Assembly (NCBI GenBank): GCA_020353515.1
Contig: CP070695.1
Location: 2,358,966-2,422,965, forward strand
DNA length: 64,000 nucleotides
From: Candidatus Heimdallarchaeota archaeon
GTDB taxonomy: Archaea > Asgardarchaeota > Heimdallarchaeia > Hodarchaeales > Hodarchaeaceae
Direction: 5' to 3'
Every line of letters begins with the position of its first letter. Positions within the stretch are counted from its first letter, which is position 1. Below the pieces are notes generated by a model. The model ran no database searches. It was not told where the DNA came from and saw nothing but the letters and a program-made list of their open reading frames with translations. Shown here in pieces: positions 20,255 to 30,206 of this stretch. The translations under genes and the position numbers were made by a program.

Positions 20255-21571
20255 TTATTCTTTCTCTCTTTTAGGAGTAATGTCGATTAACTCATACTCT
20301 CGTGAACCAATGCCCTGCGTATGCGCAGCTGCAAGTTGGGTCTCAGCAATTATGGGTCTGGATTCTGTATCTACCCAAAAACTAAATAGACCGAGTTTCA
20401 TGCTATCAGGTTCCATTGCTTCTGGTACAGGATCAATTTTCCCCTGAGGAAAATCTAATCCAGTTTCCGCTGGGGATTCAGGTAAACCAGGTGCTTTTGT
20501 TACAAGATCAACACATGCTTGATCAATAGCAATTGGATCATTTGAGTATAAAATTCCTTGGTCTGGAACTAAAAGGTTACCACCCGCACTCATACAGTCG
20601 CAATGACTTGTAATATCTATTGCGATATTGATGTATCGAAGTCTTTCTTCCCTATCACTATTTATTCCTTTCACAACTCCAGCTGCGTTGTCCATCATCC
20701 GTTCTACCTGCTCAACACTGGGAACTCGACGCTTAACTGCGAAGATGCGTTTCTCTTCTAACTCCTCAGGAGGAATCCCAAAATGACACACCGCGAAGCA
20801 CATTGTACATGCAATACATTTCTCTGGGTCATGTACGATTTTCTGATTCTCATCTAAAGAAAGAGCTTGTGTTGGACAGATTCTAATACATTTTTCACAT
20901 GCAGTACAATTCTCTGGTCTTTTCACATAGATATTCTCTCCACCACCCCAATGAGCTCCACCTTTTCCCTCATTACCAACGCAACCGATTCCCAATTGCT
21001 TAAGGGCACCTCCAAATCCTGCTCCATCATGGCCCTTGAAGCGTGATACAATTAGGGTTTTATCTGCTATTCGCAAACCCATAGCTAATGCTACATCTTT
21101 AATGTACTTCCCTTTATCATTATGAACTCTGAAAACCTCTGTTCCCACGATACCATCGTCCATGACAACGGGAGCATTCATAGTCCCAATATTAAATCCA
21201 TTTCTATTTGCTAAAAATACAAATCCTGGGCCATTAGACATAGTTTCTTCTTTGTGCCGTTCATCCCAGAATAACCCAACTCCCTCGCAAACCCACGGAA
21301 TACCACCTGCTTCACGAACTAAATCTACAACTTTCCTGATATACATCGGCCGAAGGTGTCGGGTCTGATTACGACTTCCAAAATGAGTCTTGATTGCGAC
21401 TATTTCTCCTTTCTTTATCCAATCCTTTAATCCAACTGCTTCATGGTTCCATAAGTGTTCTAAACGACCTATGAGCGAATCGCCCATTCCTAACCCTTTT
21501 GTGTTTACTATAAAGACTTTTGATTTACTCATAATCTTCACAACGTAATTTAGTTTATGTTTTAAGTACAA
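20255..21571 (-). CDS. DUF362-domain Fe-S protein with a 2x[4Fe-4S] insert
   Basis: VAIKTHFG, FKGHDGAGFGGALKQLGIGC, CTACEKCIRICP, CIACTMCFAVC, CDC, DPIAIDQA; the start is probably MSKSK. Confidence 0.9.
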   Translation of the reverse strand: MYLKHKLNYVVKIMSKSKVFIVNTKGLGMGDSLIGRLEHLWNHEAVGLKDWIKKGEIVAIKTHFGSRNQTRHLRPMYIRKVVDLVREAGGIPWVCEGVGLFWDERHKEETMSNGPGFVFLANRNGFNIGTMNAPVVMDDGIVGTEVFRVHNDKGKYIKDVALAMGLRIADKTLIVSRFKGHDGAGFGGALKQLGIGCVGNEGKGGAHWGGGENIYVKRPENCTACEKCIRICPTQALSLDENQKIVHDPEKCIACTMCFAVCHFGIPPEELEEKRIFAVKRRVPSVEQVERMMDNAAGVVKGINSDREERLRYINIAIDITSHCDCMSAGGNLLVPDQGILYSNDPIAIDQACVDLVTKAPGLPESPAETGLDFPQGKIDPVPEAMEPDSMKLGLFSFWVDTESRPIIAETQLAAAHTQGIGSREYELIDITPKREKE

Positions 21572-21729
21572 CAGCCTATGGTTTGCCGTTGTTTAATAAG
21601 AATTAAATAATGATGGTATGTAGGTAATCCTTTTGAGAGACAATAACTCTAAAATAACAATAATTAATTCAGATTAGTAACATTTGAAAGAGTAGGATCT
21701 TGTTTTTTTATTCACTGAATTTCAGGTGA

Positions 21730-21993
21730 ATGATGATGTCAAATCTAAGAATTGAAGTAATTAAGATACTAGAAGCGGGAAAATGTAATTTTGGTCATAA
21801 ACCAGGTGAGACCTTCGATTATCCAGAAGAAAAAGGGAAAATTTGTTCTGCTGCTTGGCATACACTGTATCCTTATCTTAGTGGACTCCAATACGGAGCA
21901 AGCTATCCATGGGAAGAAGATGCCAATAGTATTACCCTGTGTTGTCCTGATTATAAGAATCCTGTAGTATTCAAGATCACACGGATTGAATGA
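21730..21993 (+). CDS. TIGR04076-family small Cys protein
   Basis: GKCNFGHKPGE, ICSAAW, CCPDYKNPVVFKI. Confidence 0.85.
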   Translation: MMMSNLRIEVIKILEAGKCNFGHKPGETFDYPEEKGKICSAAWHTLYPYLSGLQYGASYPWEEDANSITLCCPDYKNPVVFKITRIE

Positions 21994-22064
21994 AGACCAA
22001 AATAGATGCTTCTACATTCATATAGATTTATATTAATCTAATCGCTTAACTACAAAATTCACTA

Positions 22065-22553
22065 TTGGGAAAGTTAATTCTAGTGCCTCTTGATAAAGAG
22101 AAGTTAGATGCATTATTAGAGGAGATCAAACGTCTAGAAGAAAGACCAATTAAAAAACGACGAGTTGTAAAACATCATTCTATCCAAACAAACAATAAAT
22201 CAATTTTTCCGATAAAAAAAGACTTTCTCTTGGTTACAGAAAAAAAAGTGTTTTTTATGATGAGTCATTACTACAAATTAGTGATGCTTTCTATAGATGA
22301 CACTGCTACTGCATTTGAGATATGGATTAAAGGAGTATTACCCTTATTACTTGGCCGATATGGTCTTGATCGTGAAGAGTGGGAAAGAGTCAGTGATCTT
22401 GGGGACCGCGATTCACAACTCGAACAAGAACTAACTGAGGACTGGAAATTATTTTTTCAGAATACGATCCAAAAAGGTCTGATAGATAATGAAATCTTAG
22501 CTTTAATTAATGAAGGAAAAAAACGGGTCGAAAAAATGCGAAGAAAATCGTAG
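22065..22553 (+). CDS. Hypothetical protein
   Basis: 162-aa charged, helical-looking ORF with a TTG start. Confidence 0.6.
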   Translation: MGKLILVPLDKEKLDALLEEIKRLEERPIKKRRVVKHHSIQTNNKSIFPIKKDFLLVTEKKVFFMMSHYYKLVMLSIDDTATAFEIWIKGVLPLLLGRYGLDREEWERVSDLGDRDSQLEQELTEDWKLFFQNTIQKGLIDNEILALINEGKKRVEKMRRKS

Positions 22554-22683
22554 AAGACTTATTGTTTCTGTAGAGAGTAAAGGGCTTGTGTAAAGAGAAA
22601 ATGGTGTTTTTATGAGGAAAAAAAAGAATGAGAAAAAAAATTGATAATGGGTACTAGAGTTCAACCTAGATAAAATTCATGTC

Positions 22684-24867
22684 TTATTGATAAGGACTAA
22701 TGACCTTAATTACTTCGTCGGAATCGATACCTAATTCTTTAACCTTTGAGAAAGAGGGACAGCCTCGTTTACTCCAGCCTCGACGCTCATACGCGGCATC
22801 TTGAAGTCTAGCATAGTTTTCTTCGCGGTACTTTCGTAAAATTTTCATTTTTTCTTCGGTGGCTTTCCCTGAAGGATCTTCACCAATTTCTTCTTTAATT
22901 TGTTTGTCGTAACGTTCATATCGACTCTCATATTCTTCTTTTGTAACAGGACCCATGGCACGATAGGGGAAATTTGAGTCACTTTCTCTGAGGCCTTTTC
23001 CTTGGCGAACATTGAGAATACGCTGGAAGTTATATACTCGTTCTGACATTTTAATGAGGTCATCAGGTGTTGATTTCCTTCCAGTTACCCCACTGAAGTA
23101 CTCTGCATACCAATTTACATGTTTGGGAATTTTTGCACGAGCATCTGGTAATGTTAATGGTCGTTGAGGGTTCTCAACATTATCGGGTGGCACTACATCG
23201 TTCCACGGTAATTTACATAAACCATTAAGTCCAAACCATGTCCTCCAGAATGGAAACCAGGCTAGAGCTTCAGCTTTATCTTCAAATGTAGGTAAATTAC
23301 CCCTAACCGAATCTTCAAAGATTAACCAGGCTTCATCATGTTGTGGTCCTTTCAATGTTAATCCGTAACCACCCTGTTGGGCTAATGATTCTTTAGTCAC
23401 ATATTCTGAAAATTCAAGTCCTTTATGTTCCATTCCAATATCTTGAAGAAATTGAGGATCCGCACCGTATTTTTCTGCAAATGCTTTCTTCATTTCTACA
23501 ATACCTTGGCCTACAATGACTCCAAATCCCTCACCTTGAGCCATTTGATGCACTAATTCTAATGCTGCTTCAGCATTCCCAAAATTTAGTTCAAGGCCGC
23601 CAGTTATCTCCTTGGTTAAAATTCCTGCTTCATAGCATTCCATCACAAATGCTATTCCAGTTCCTACTGATATGGTATCTAAGCCATAAGCATCACAATA
23701 GAAGTTAGCCTCCAAAACCCATTTTGGATCCCATACACCCCAATTACTACCACATCCAGCTATTGTTTCGTATTCAGGTCCATCTACATTCACTTTTTGT
23801 CCTTTGAAAGGTCCTGAGAGAACAGTATGTCCTTTGGAAATATGGCTGCATGAAATAGTGCATCCAATCCAACAACCATCTGTTCCCTTTCCAGTGTCAG
23901 TATACACATTTCTCATTATTTCTCGTGTGTAAGGGAACTGTTCACCTTTCAATTCTTTATGAGCGCCAAATCGAAAGTTTTCTACTGGAAGAAGATCAAA
24001 ATCATTCATGATCTCTGGGAGATGTCCTGTACCGACCACTCTCATCTCATTTTGTTCTGGATCATTCTTGATGATTTCTAAATTGTGTTTTTTACCCGCA
24101 TTTTTTGCCATATCAAGTTGTACGGGATTATTTATCTTTGAATCGACCTTAGGAGAGCGGCAGACTAAAGCTTTTAGTCGTTTATTTCTAAAAACTGTTC
24201 CAATACCTCCTCTACCAGCCTGCTTACAACTAGCCCATTGACGTTTCTTACTATACCAGGAAAAATTTAAACAACCCCATTTTGAATACTCAGCTCCTTT
24301 TCCTGCGGAAACAACACTCACACGATGTTTTTCTTTATCACTTGAATTCACAGCATACTTCTCTGTTAATTGCTGAGTAAGCAAGTGAGATTCATCTGGA
24401 ATTTTCTCTGCGTCTTCAATTCTGATTGTTCCTTCATCGCTGTTGATGAAAACAACCACGTCATCTTTGGATTTACCCTGAATTTCAATTGCATCAAAAC
24501 CTGAAAATTTAGTGTAGGGGCCAAAGTATCCTCCCACATTACTATCGATGACGATTCCTGTTAAGGGGGAAATTGTTGTAACGATAGATTTCCCTGATCC
24601 TGGATAGAATGTGCTTCCTCCCAAAGGGCCAGAAGCAATACAAATTACGTTTTCAGGATCATCCCATTTAGTTACACGGTCTTTAGGTAAGGAATTCCAC
24701 ATCAACCATAAGTCAAATCCTTTTCCTCCGATGAATTTTTCCTTCATTTCATCGGTAACAGGTTTAATCTGTATTTCATTGGTAGTTAAGTTGATATATA
24801 ATGTTCTATTTGCATAACCTTTTTCAACTGGTCTTAAATCATAAGATAGTTCGTTTAAAATCGCCAT
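22684..24867 (-). CDS. Tungsten-dependent aldehyde:ferredoxin oxidoreductase family protein
   Basis: DSNVGG, AGRGGIG, GCWIGCTISC, DGPEYET, CDAYGLDTIS, GLCKLPW. Confidence 0.95.
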   Translation of the reverse strand: MAILNELSYDLRPVEKGYANRTLYINLTTNEIQIKPVTDEMKEKFIGGKGFDLWLMWNSLPKDRVTKWDDPENVICIASGPLGGSTFYPGSGKSIVTTISPLTGIVIDSNVGGYFGPYTKFSGFDAIEIQGKSKDDVVVFINSDEGTIRIEDAEKIPDESHLLTQQLTEKYAVNSSDKEKHRVSVVSAGKGAEYSKWGCLNFSWYSKKRQWASCKQAGRGGIGTVFRNKRLKALVCRSPKVDSKINNPVQLDMAKNAGKKHNLEIIKNDPEQNEMRVVGTGHLPEIMNDFDLLPVENFRFGAHKELKGEQFPYTREIMRNVYTDTGKGTDGCWIGCTISCSHISKGHTVLSGPFKGQKVNVDGPEYETIAGCGSNWGVWDPKWVLEANFYCDAYGLDTISVGTGIAFVMECYEAGILTKEITGGLELNFGNAEAALELVHQMAQGEGFGVIVGQGIVEMKKAFAEKYGADPQFLQDIGMEHKGLEFSEYVTKESLAQQGGYGLTLKGPQHDEAWLIFEDSVRGNLPTFEDKAEALAWFPFWRTWFGLNGLCKLPWNDVVPPDNVENPQRPLTLPDARAKIPKHVNWYAEYFSGVTGRKSTPDDLIKMSERVYNFQRILNVRQGKGLRESDSNFPYRAMGPVTKEEYESRYERYDKQIKEEIGEDPSGKATEEKMKILRKYREENYARLQDAAYERRGWSKRGCPSFSKVKELGIDSDEVIKVISPYQ

Positions 24868-24982
24868 TATTGTTTTCCTCCAATATAAACAGGAGAATAC
24901 TAGACACTAAGAACAGAGAGGGTTCAAACATCCGATTTAAATAAAACTATATTAATTTGATTCTTGAAGGAAGCAATCCAAA

Positions 24983-25798
24983 ATGAGTAAAACCCAGAGA
25001 CATCGAAGTGAACTACAATTAATTTTTACCGAGTTTTTCCAAACAAACGACGATAAGAAGCTGACGGAGTATTTATTGTCCAATAGCAATTTACCAGGTC
25101 GTAGAGCAAATTTAGAGTTAGCAAGAGCCTTTACAATAGTTGTTAATGATAATTGGAAAGATCATAAGGATTTTCTATGGAAACTTTTGATTTCATTAAT
25201 CAATATTGATCCAATTCAAGCCCCTACAAATAATCCACAGGAATTTCTCTCTTTCTGCGCTACTTGGGCACTTGGTACTATTGGAGCTAGTTCAGAAATC
25301 CAATACATCGACGCTTTATCTCATCTGAAGGAATTATCAACTGATTCACGTTGGCGTATTCGAGAAGCTGTCGCAAAAGGTATCCATGAACTCATTTCAC
25401 TTCGGAGTATTGAAACCATCAAAGAAATTGACACATGGATATCAAAAGATCATTGGCTTTCAATGAGAGCTGTTGTAACAGGAGTTGCTGCACCAACGTT
25501 ACTCCAGGATAATCAGATAGCGAAACAAGCATTGAATCTTCACAAAAAAGTTCTTACTCAAGTAGAAACCTGCAAAGATAGAAAATCAGAAGAATTCAAA
25601 GTTCTTAGAAAAGGATTAGCATATTCATTAAGCGTTGTTGTTCAGGCAATTCCTGAAGAAGGTTTTAAGTACCTAAAAGAGCTTGCAACGTCTCAGGATA
25701 ATGATATTTCATGGATTCTCAAAGAAAATCTAAAAAAGAATCGATTGGTTAAAAATTTCCCGTCTAAAGTCAAAGAAATAACTAGATTGCTGCAATAA
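24983..25798 (+). CDS. HEAT-repeat protein
   Basis: SNLPGRRANLELA and DSRWRIREAVA helical repeats. Confidence 0.7.
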   Translation: MSKTQRHRSELQLIFTEFFQTNDDKKLTEYLLSNSNLPGRRANLELARAFTIVVNDNWKDHKDFLWKLLISLINIDPIQAPTNNPQEFLSFCATWALGTIGASSEIQYIDALSHLKELSTDSRWRIREAVAKGIHELISLRSIETIKEIDTWISKDHWLSMRAVVTGVAAPTLLQDNQIAKQALNLHKKVLTQVETCKDRKSEEFKVLRKGLAYSLSVVVQAIPEEGFKYLKELATSQDNDISWILKENLKKNRLVKNFPSKVKEITRLLQ

Positions 25799-25805
25799 TA
25801 GCATA

Positions 25806-26096
25806 TTAAGGATCTTTTGATCCTCCCCCTACAGGGGGGACGCATGTTATAATGTCCCCGTCCTTTACTTTTTCATCCAGACCATTAAGAGATTCTATAT
25901 CTTTTCCATTTAAAAGTACATGAAAATGACTTTTTATTTTCCCAGTTTCAGAATGAACCATGTGTGCTAGCACGGATTTTCCAATCTGTGTCTCTAATGC
26001 AACTAGAACTTCTCGGATAGAAGTTCCCTCCGCCTGAAAGACCTTTTTTCCACTCCAGCGCTCTAGAGGACCGTAAAAAGTGACTGTAATTGTCAT
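25806..26096 (-). CDS. MoaD/ThiS/SAMP ubiquitin-like protein
   Basis: VLLNGKDI...DGD.I...PPVGGG followed by SKDP. Confidence 0.9.
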   Translation of the reverse strand: MTITVTFYGPLERWSGKKVFQAEGTSIREVLVALETQIGKSVLAHMVHSETGKIKSHFHVLLNGKDIESLNGLDEKVKDGDIITCVPPVGGGSKDP

Positions 26097-26137
26097 GAGG
26101 AGATTCTCTCAAACACTTGATTGGAGAAGAGATAGGA

Positions 26138-27265
26138 TTAAGTCATTTTCTTTACGACTTCTTCAGCTACTTCTAGTGTGGTATTAGAACCACCCATATC
26201 ATAAGTTCTTACTCTCTCTTCCTTTATAACGGTAGAAATTCCTTCTTCAATATTTTTTGCTATTTTTAGAAGGGAAGGATCACCCTTAGCGCCTAACCAA
26301 TCTAACATAAGTTTTACAGATAAGAATGCAGCAGTTGGATTTACCTTATACTGGCCAGCATATTTCGGTGCAGATCCATGAGTTGGTTCGAAAAGTCCAT
26401 AAACATCTCCATTTGACGATGCACTAGATGCAAATCCTAATCCTCCTACTAATTGAGCAGCAAGGTCGCTTATAATGTCACCAAACATATTTGTGGTAAC
26501 CATCACTCCATAATCTTGAGGATTTTTAATTAACCACATACACATTGCATCTATGTTTGTTTCCCACATTTCTACTTCGGGATAATCTTTAGCTACTTCA
26601 AAGGCGATTCGTCGAAACATACCACACGTCTGTCGGATAACATTAGCTTTATGTATCACAGTCACGGTTGGGTATCCAAATTTTTTTGCATAATCGAATG
26701 CTGTGACTAAAATTCTACGACAACCTTTTTCAGTAAATACACGGACAGAAGCAGTGGATTTTTCAGGATTAAATTTCTTAAATTTCTCTAGTGAGGCGAG
26801 CTGTTTGAATTCTTCCCCACTATCGTATTCAATTCCTATATAAAGACCTTCAGTGTTCTCTCTAAATGTTATCAGGTCAATATCATCCCTATAATTGAGT
26901 GGATTACCTGGATATGCCTTGGTAGGGCGCATATTAGAGTACAAGTCGAAAATCTGTCGTAAACGGACAATTGGCGAGCGATATGGGATTCCGAACTTCT
27001 GAACTGTCTTAACTACTTCTGGATCTGTTGTTGAACGGGAAGTAATTGCTCCAAATAGAGCAGCGTCAGTTTCTTTCATTCCCTCAACTGTCCTGTCAGG
27101 GAGAGGATCTCCTTCAGCTTTGAAAATATCAAACCCAATATCTAGTGGGATATATTCCGCATCAAAGTTAGTTGCGTCAAGGACAATTCGGGCAGCCTCT
27201 AAAACATCATTACCTATTCCATCACCAGGCATATACGCAATCTTGTATTTAGTCATAAATTCCAC
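26138..27265 (-). CDS. Beta-decarboxylating dehydrogenase, homoisocitrate-dehydrogenase-like
   Basis: PGDGIG, FGAITS, YRSPIVRLRQ, RENTEGLY, HKANV, NMFGDIISD, EPTHGSAP. Confidence 0.92.
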   Translation of the reverse strand: MEFMTKYKIAYMPGDGIGNDVLEAARIVLDATNFDAEYIPLDIGFDIFKAEGDPLPDRTVEGMKETDAALFGAITSRSTTDPEVVKTVQKFGIPYRSPIVRLRQIFDLYSNMRPTKAYPGNPLNYRDDIDLITFRENTEGLYIGIEYDSGEEFKQLASLEKFKKFNPEKSTASVRVFTEKGCRRILVTAFDYAKKFGYPTVTVIHKANVIRQTCGMFRRIAFEVAKDYPEVEMWETNIDAMCMWLIKNPQDYGVMVTTNMFGDIISDLAAQLVGGLGFASSASSNGDVYGLFEPTHGSAPKYAGQYKVNPTAAFLSVKLMLDWLGAKGDPSLLKIAKNIEEGISTVIKEERVRTYDMGGSNTTLEVAEEVVKKMT

Positions 27266-27829
27266 CTATTTTGATTCTAGTGAGATTTTTAACGGACCAA
27301 AATGTAAAAAATCGCAACGATGTACAATTTCACCTTCGATAGTTCGTCCAGGTCCTTTATCTCCTTCCCAAGAGTGTTGATAAATGTTTTGTACGACGTC
27401 AAATGGAAGCTCGTGTTTCATCGCTAATCCTGCTCCAGTAATAGGGTGTCTAAGTTTGTTTCCAACATTTGATTTCACTACTTCTCCACTCGATGTCAAA
27501 GCAAATTCGAGTGGCTTTCCTATATCATGAAGAATTGCACTCGCAACAAGAATATCATGGTTCACAGGAATTCCTTGTTTTTCTAGTATAGACGCAGATT
27601 GAAGGGCTAAGTCTGTCACGATTCTGACATGGTCAACAAAAGGTACCTTTACACCAGGAATAACAAGGGTAAATGGAAAATCCATGTTCTTCCATCCATT
27701 TCCATCATTACCCATTTTTAGAGCTTCAACACATACATCTATCACTTTCTGTCTCAATGTATTGTCTGAAATCTGCGCTAACTGGTTTGAGAAGACTTCT
27801 TGCACATAATCATCCAATGTTTTCACCAA
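27266..27829 (-). CDS. HD (HDIG) domain phosphohydrolase
   Basis: H...LHDIGK...RH...HS...D metal ligands; abuts the dehydrogenase gene. Confidence 0.88.
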   Translation of the reverse strand: MVKTLDDYVQEVFSNQLAQISDNTLRQKVIDVCVEALKMGNDGNGWKNMDFPFTLVIPGVKVPFVDHVRIVTDLALQSASILEKQGIPVNHDILVASAILHDIGKPLEFALTSSGEVVKSNVGNKLRHPITGAGLAMKHELPFDVVQNIYQHSWEGDKGPGRTIEGEIVHRCDFLHFGPLKISLESK

Positions 27830-27957
27830 TATTCATTCTGATCTAATGATTATTCTATTGATACAAGTTAGAAGACGAAAAAGGATGAAAATATTTATCG
27901 AATAAACATTGTTGTAATTCATTTCATTCTTAAAAGGTGAGAGCTTCTTGATTAGAT

Positions 27958-29976
27958 TTAGAGATCATCCCCATTTTTTCCGAGTTCTTCGGATTTAAAG
28001 TTCTCATGGGTACTTGAAAAATCATGAGAACTTCTCACTTCTTCAGATTCATCTTTTTCTGAAGTCTCATAACTAAAATCCTTTTTCTCTCTCAAGCGAT
28101 GTCGAACTCCTGAATACAAGAAAATTATGGCTACACTCAGAAAAATAATCAATCCAAGGGGGAGGATCAAGAATTCATTCATTTCAAAATCCATCTGAAA
28201 GATTTGGGAAAGAGTCTGGTTTGCAGATGGAGGTGGAGGTCCTTCTCCTGAAGGAATGGAACCAATACCCATGGTTAACAAATACCAGAGAAGTTCGGTA
28301 CCGATAAGGCAAATAACTACACAACTAGCAATAATTTTGCGATTTCTCCTATATTCATGTACAACAAAATACATCAAAAATAGAATGAAAAACCAAGTAC
28401 TAACAGTCAGAAGGCCATGAATCCAGTCACCTGGATGAGACATAAATGTATCTGGTAGAAAATACCAACCGTTATTAGTATGCTTGAGAAGATAAAACAT
28501 CTCTTGTGTTGTTCGTTGGGTGGGGATCATCCAAAACCATGGACTTCTTGAACTTATATCTACACGTGAGTAAGAATAAAAAGGATTCTGACCAGATCTC
28601 ATTTCCATATTGACTTCAATAAGGGTTCCTAATCCTGGTACTCTTGTAAATATTGTAGCTGCCATTGAAAAAAAGAAAATGGGACATAAAGCTCCTATAA
28701 TAAGAATTATTATACCAAAATTCCGAAAAATACCCCTTAAGTTTTTTTTAATTAGATCCTGATAGTTTTCTCTTAGATTACTATAGTAATCTTGCATGGT
28801 TTTTAGTAAAGAAGTATTAGCTTCAGAACAGGCTTTGTATAACTCTTTATTAGTTATTATCTGAATTCCACATATAAGAACAACCGCTCCGAGAGAAAAA
28901 CTCTTGATAATTGTTTTTAATAAACTTCCTCCTAAATCTCCAAATAAAATTGTACGGTCCACAAAAATAACTAATCCAAAAGGAATTACAGGAAGAAGAA
29001 TTATAAGAGAAAAGAGGAGTGGTTTCAGTACATCTTCTGAAAAACGAAAATCAAGAAGTGAGTCTAACCATGGTGGTATCGAAGAAGTTGACCAGAATGT
29101 TGTTATTCCATCAAAAAAGAGATAGAAAAAGAGGAAAATCCCTATAGAAACGAAAATTAATAGGAACAGTGAGTATAATTCTTTTAATGGAAGGAAAAAT
29201 GGGTGGAACATTGTCAAAAATTGAATATAGATTACACAATTTACTAAAGATCTTAATATAATTGGGTATTTCACATTTTGGGTCTTATGAAACACGATAG
29301 CAAGAATCAAGCCACTGAATATTCGAATTACAAAATCCCAGATTGCTTGTTCTTCTGAATAAATAACAAGATTTGAGATAAAAGGAGAAATAGCATACAT
29401 TAAGGAAGATAAAACTAAAATCCAGCCAATTCGAATTTGTTTCTTAGATAAAACTTGTATTATGACTTTTCTATATAGTAGTTCTTCAAAAATAGGTAAA
29501 ATCGCAAATAATAGCGAGACCAGAACTATCTGATAACCGATATAGTCAATTGACACACGAGATAATATTATCTCTGGCCATACTTTGATGATTGTAGCTT
29601 TATCAGAAATTATGAGCAAAGGATTGTTTAGGTTTTGCATTAAGAAAGTGGTACATCCTACATAAATCAAAATTACACCCAAGTAGGTTTGTAATTTTAT
29701 ATCTCGAGAAGCTTCAATTTCTTCTAATCTCAGTTTTTGGGTTAGTAATAAGAAGATAACAAGTATTCCTATTCCTTTGGCTAATGTTAATACCACAAGA
29801 TCCAAGAATTCGTCTGAATATGGTAATATCTCGCTATTCATATTTTTTATAGTTGATACCATGAATTCTAGTATGGTAAAAACGATTAATTCACTTGAAA
29901 GCACAAAAAGAACAATAAAGACTGGTAATAACGCATGATTCTTTAATTTTTTAGGCAAAATCAAGTAAATAACCAT
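27958..29976 (-). CDS. Large polytopic membrane protein with a CPBP (CAAX/Abi) protease-like domain
   Basis: PIFEELLYR motif and many TMs; the downstream His motifs are degenerate. Confidence 0.7.
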   Translation of the reverse strand: MVIYLILPKKLKNHALLPVFIVLFVLSSELIVFTILEFMVSTIKNMNSEILPYSDEFLDLVVLTLAKGIGILVIFLLLTQKLRLEEIEASRDIKLQTYLGVILIYVGCTTFLMQNLNNPLLIISDKATIIKVWPEIILSRVSIDYIGYQIVLVSLLFAILPIFEELLYRKVIIQVLSKKQIRIGWILVLSSLMYAISPFISNLVIYSEEQAIWDFVIRIFSGLILAIVFHKTQNVKYPIILRSLVNCVIYIQFLTMFHPFFLPLKELYSLFLLIFVSIGIFLFFYLFFDGITTFWSTSSIPPWLDSLLDFRFSEDVLKPLLFSLIILLPVIPFGLVIFVDRTILFGDLGGSLLKTIIKSFSLGAVVLICGIQIITNKELYKACSEANTSLLKTMQDYYSNLRENYQDLIKKNLRGIFRNFGIIILIIGALCPIFFFSMAATIFTRVPGLGTLIEVNMEMRSGQNPFYSYSRVDISSRSPWFWMIPTQRTTQEMFYLLKHTNNGWYFLPDTFMSHPGDWIHGLLTVSTWFFILFLMYFVVHEYRRNRKIIASCVVICLIGTELLWYLLTMGIGSIPSGEGPPPPSANQTLSQIFQMDFEMNEFLILPLGLIIFLSVAIIFLYSGVRHRLREKKDFSYETSEKDESEEVRSSHDFSSTHENFKSEELGKNGDDL

Positions 29977-30206
29977 GTTAATTGGATAATGTTTAAGTAA
30001 TTATTCGAGAAATTTAACCATTTCTCTTAATAATTCTTCTCTCGAATTCATTTAGAGACCTGATAAGAACTATGAATCTTTCTGTTTTTTCTCTCATAAA
30101 AAAACTTCTCATAGAAAAGATGTAAAGGATGATAGTTAAAGGAGAATTAAACGAATAAAATAAAAAATAAAGAAAAGGAAAAAGGGGAGGAAGGAGTTGG
30201 GATACC

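Noticed and set aside
9951-29976. ICMT-like plus CPBP-like genes as a eukaryote-type CAAX processing pathway
   Set aside because: Both families are widespread in prokaryotes, the genes are 17 kb apart, and the CPBP lacks its catalytic His residues
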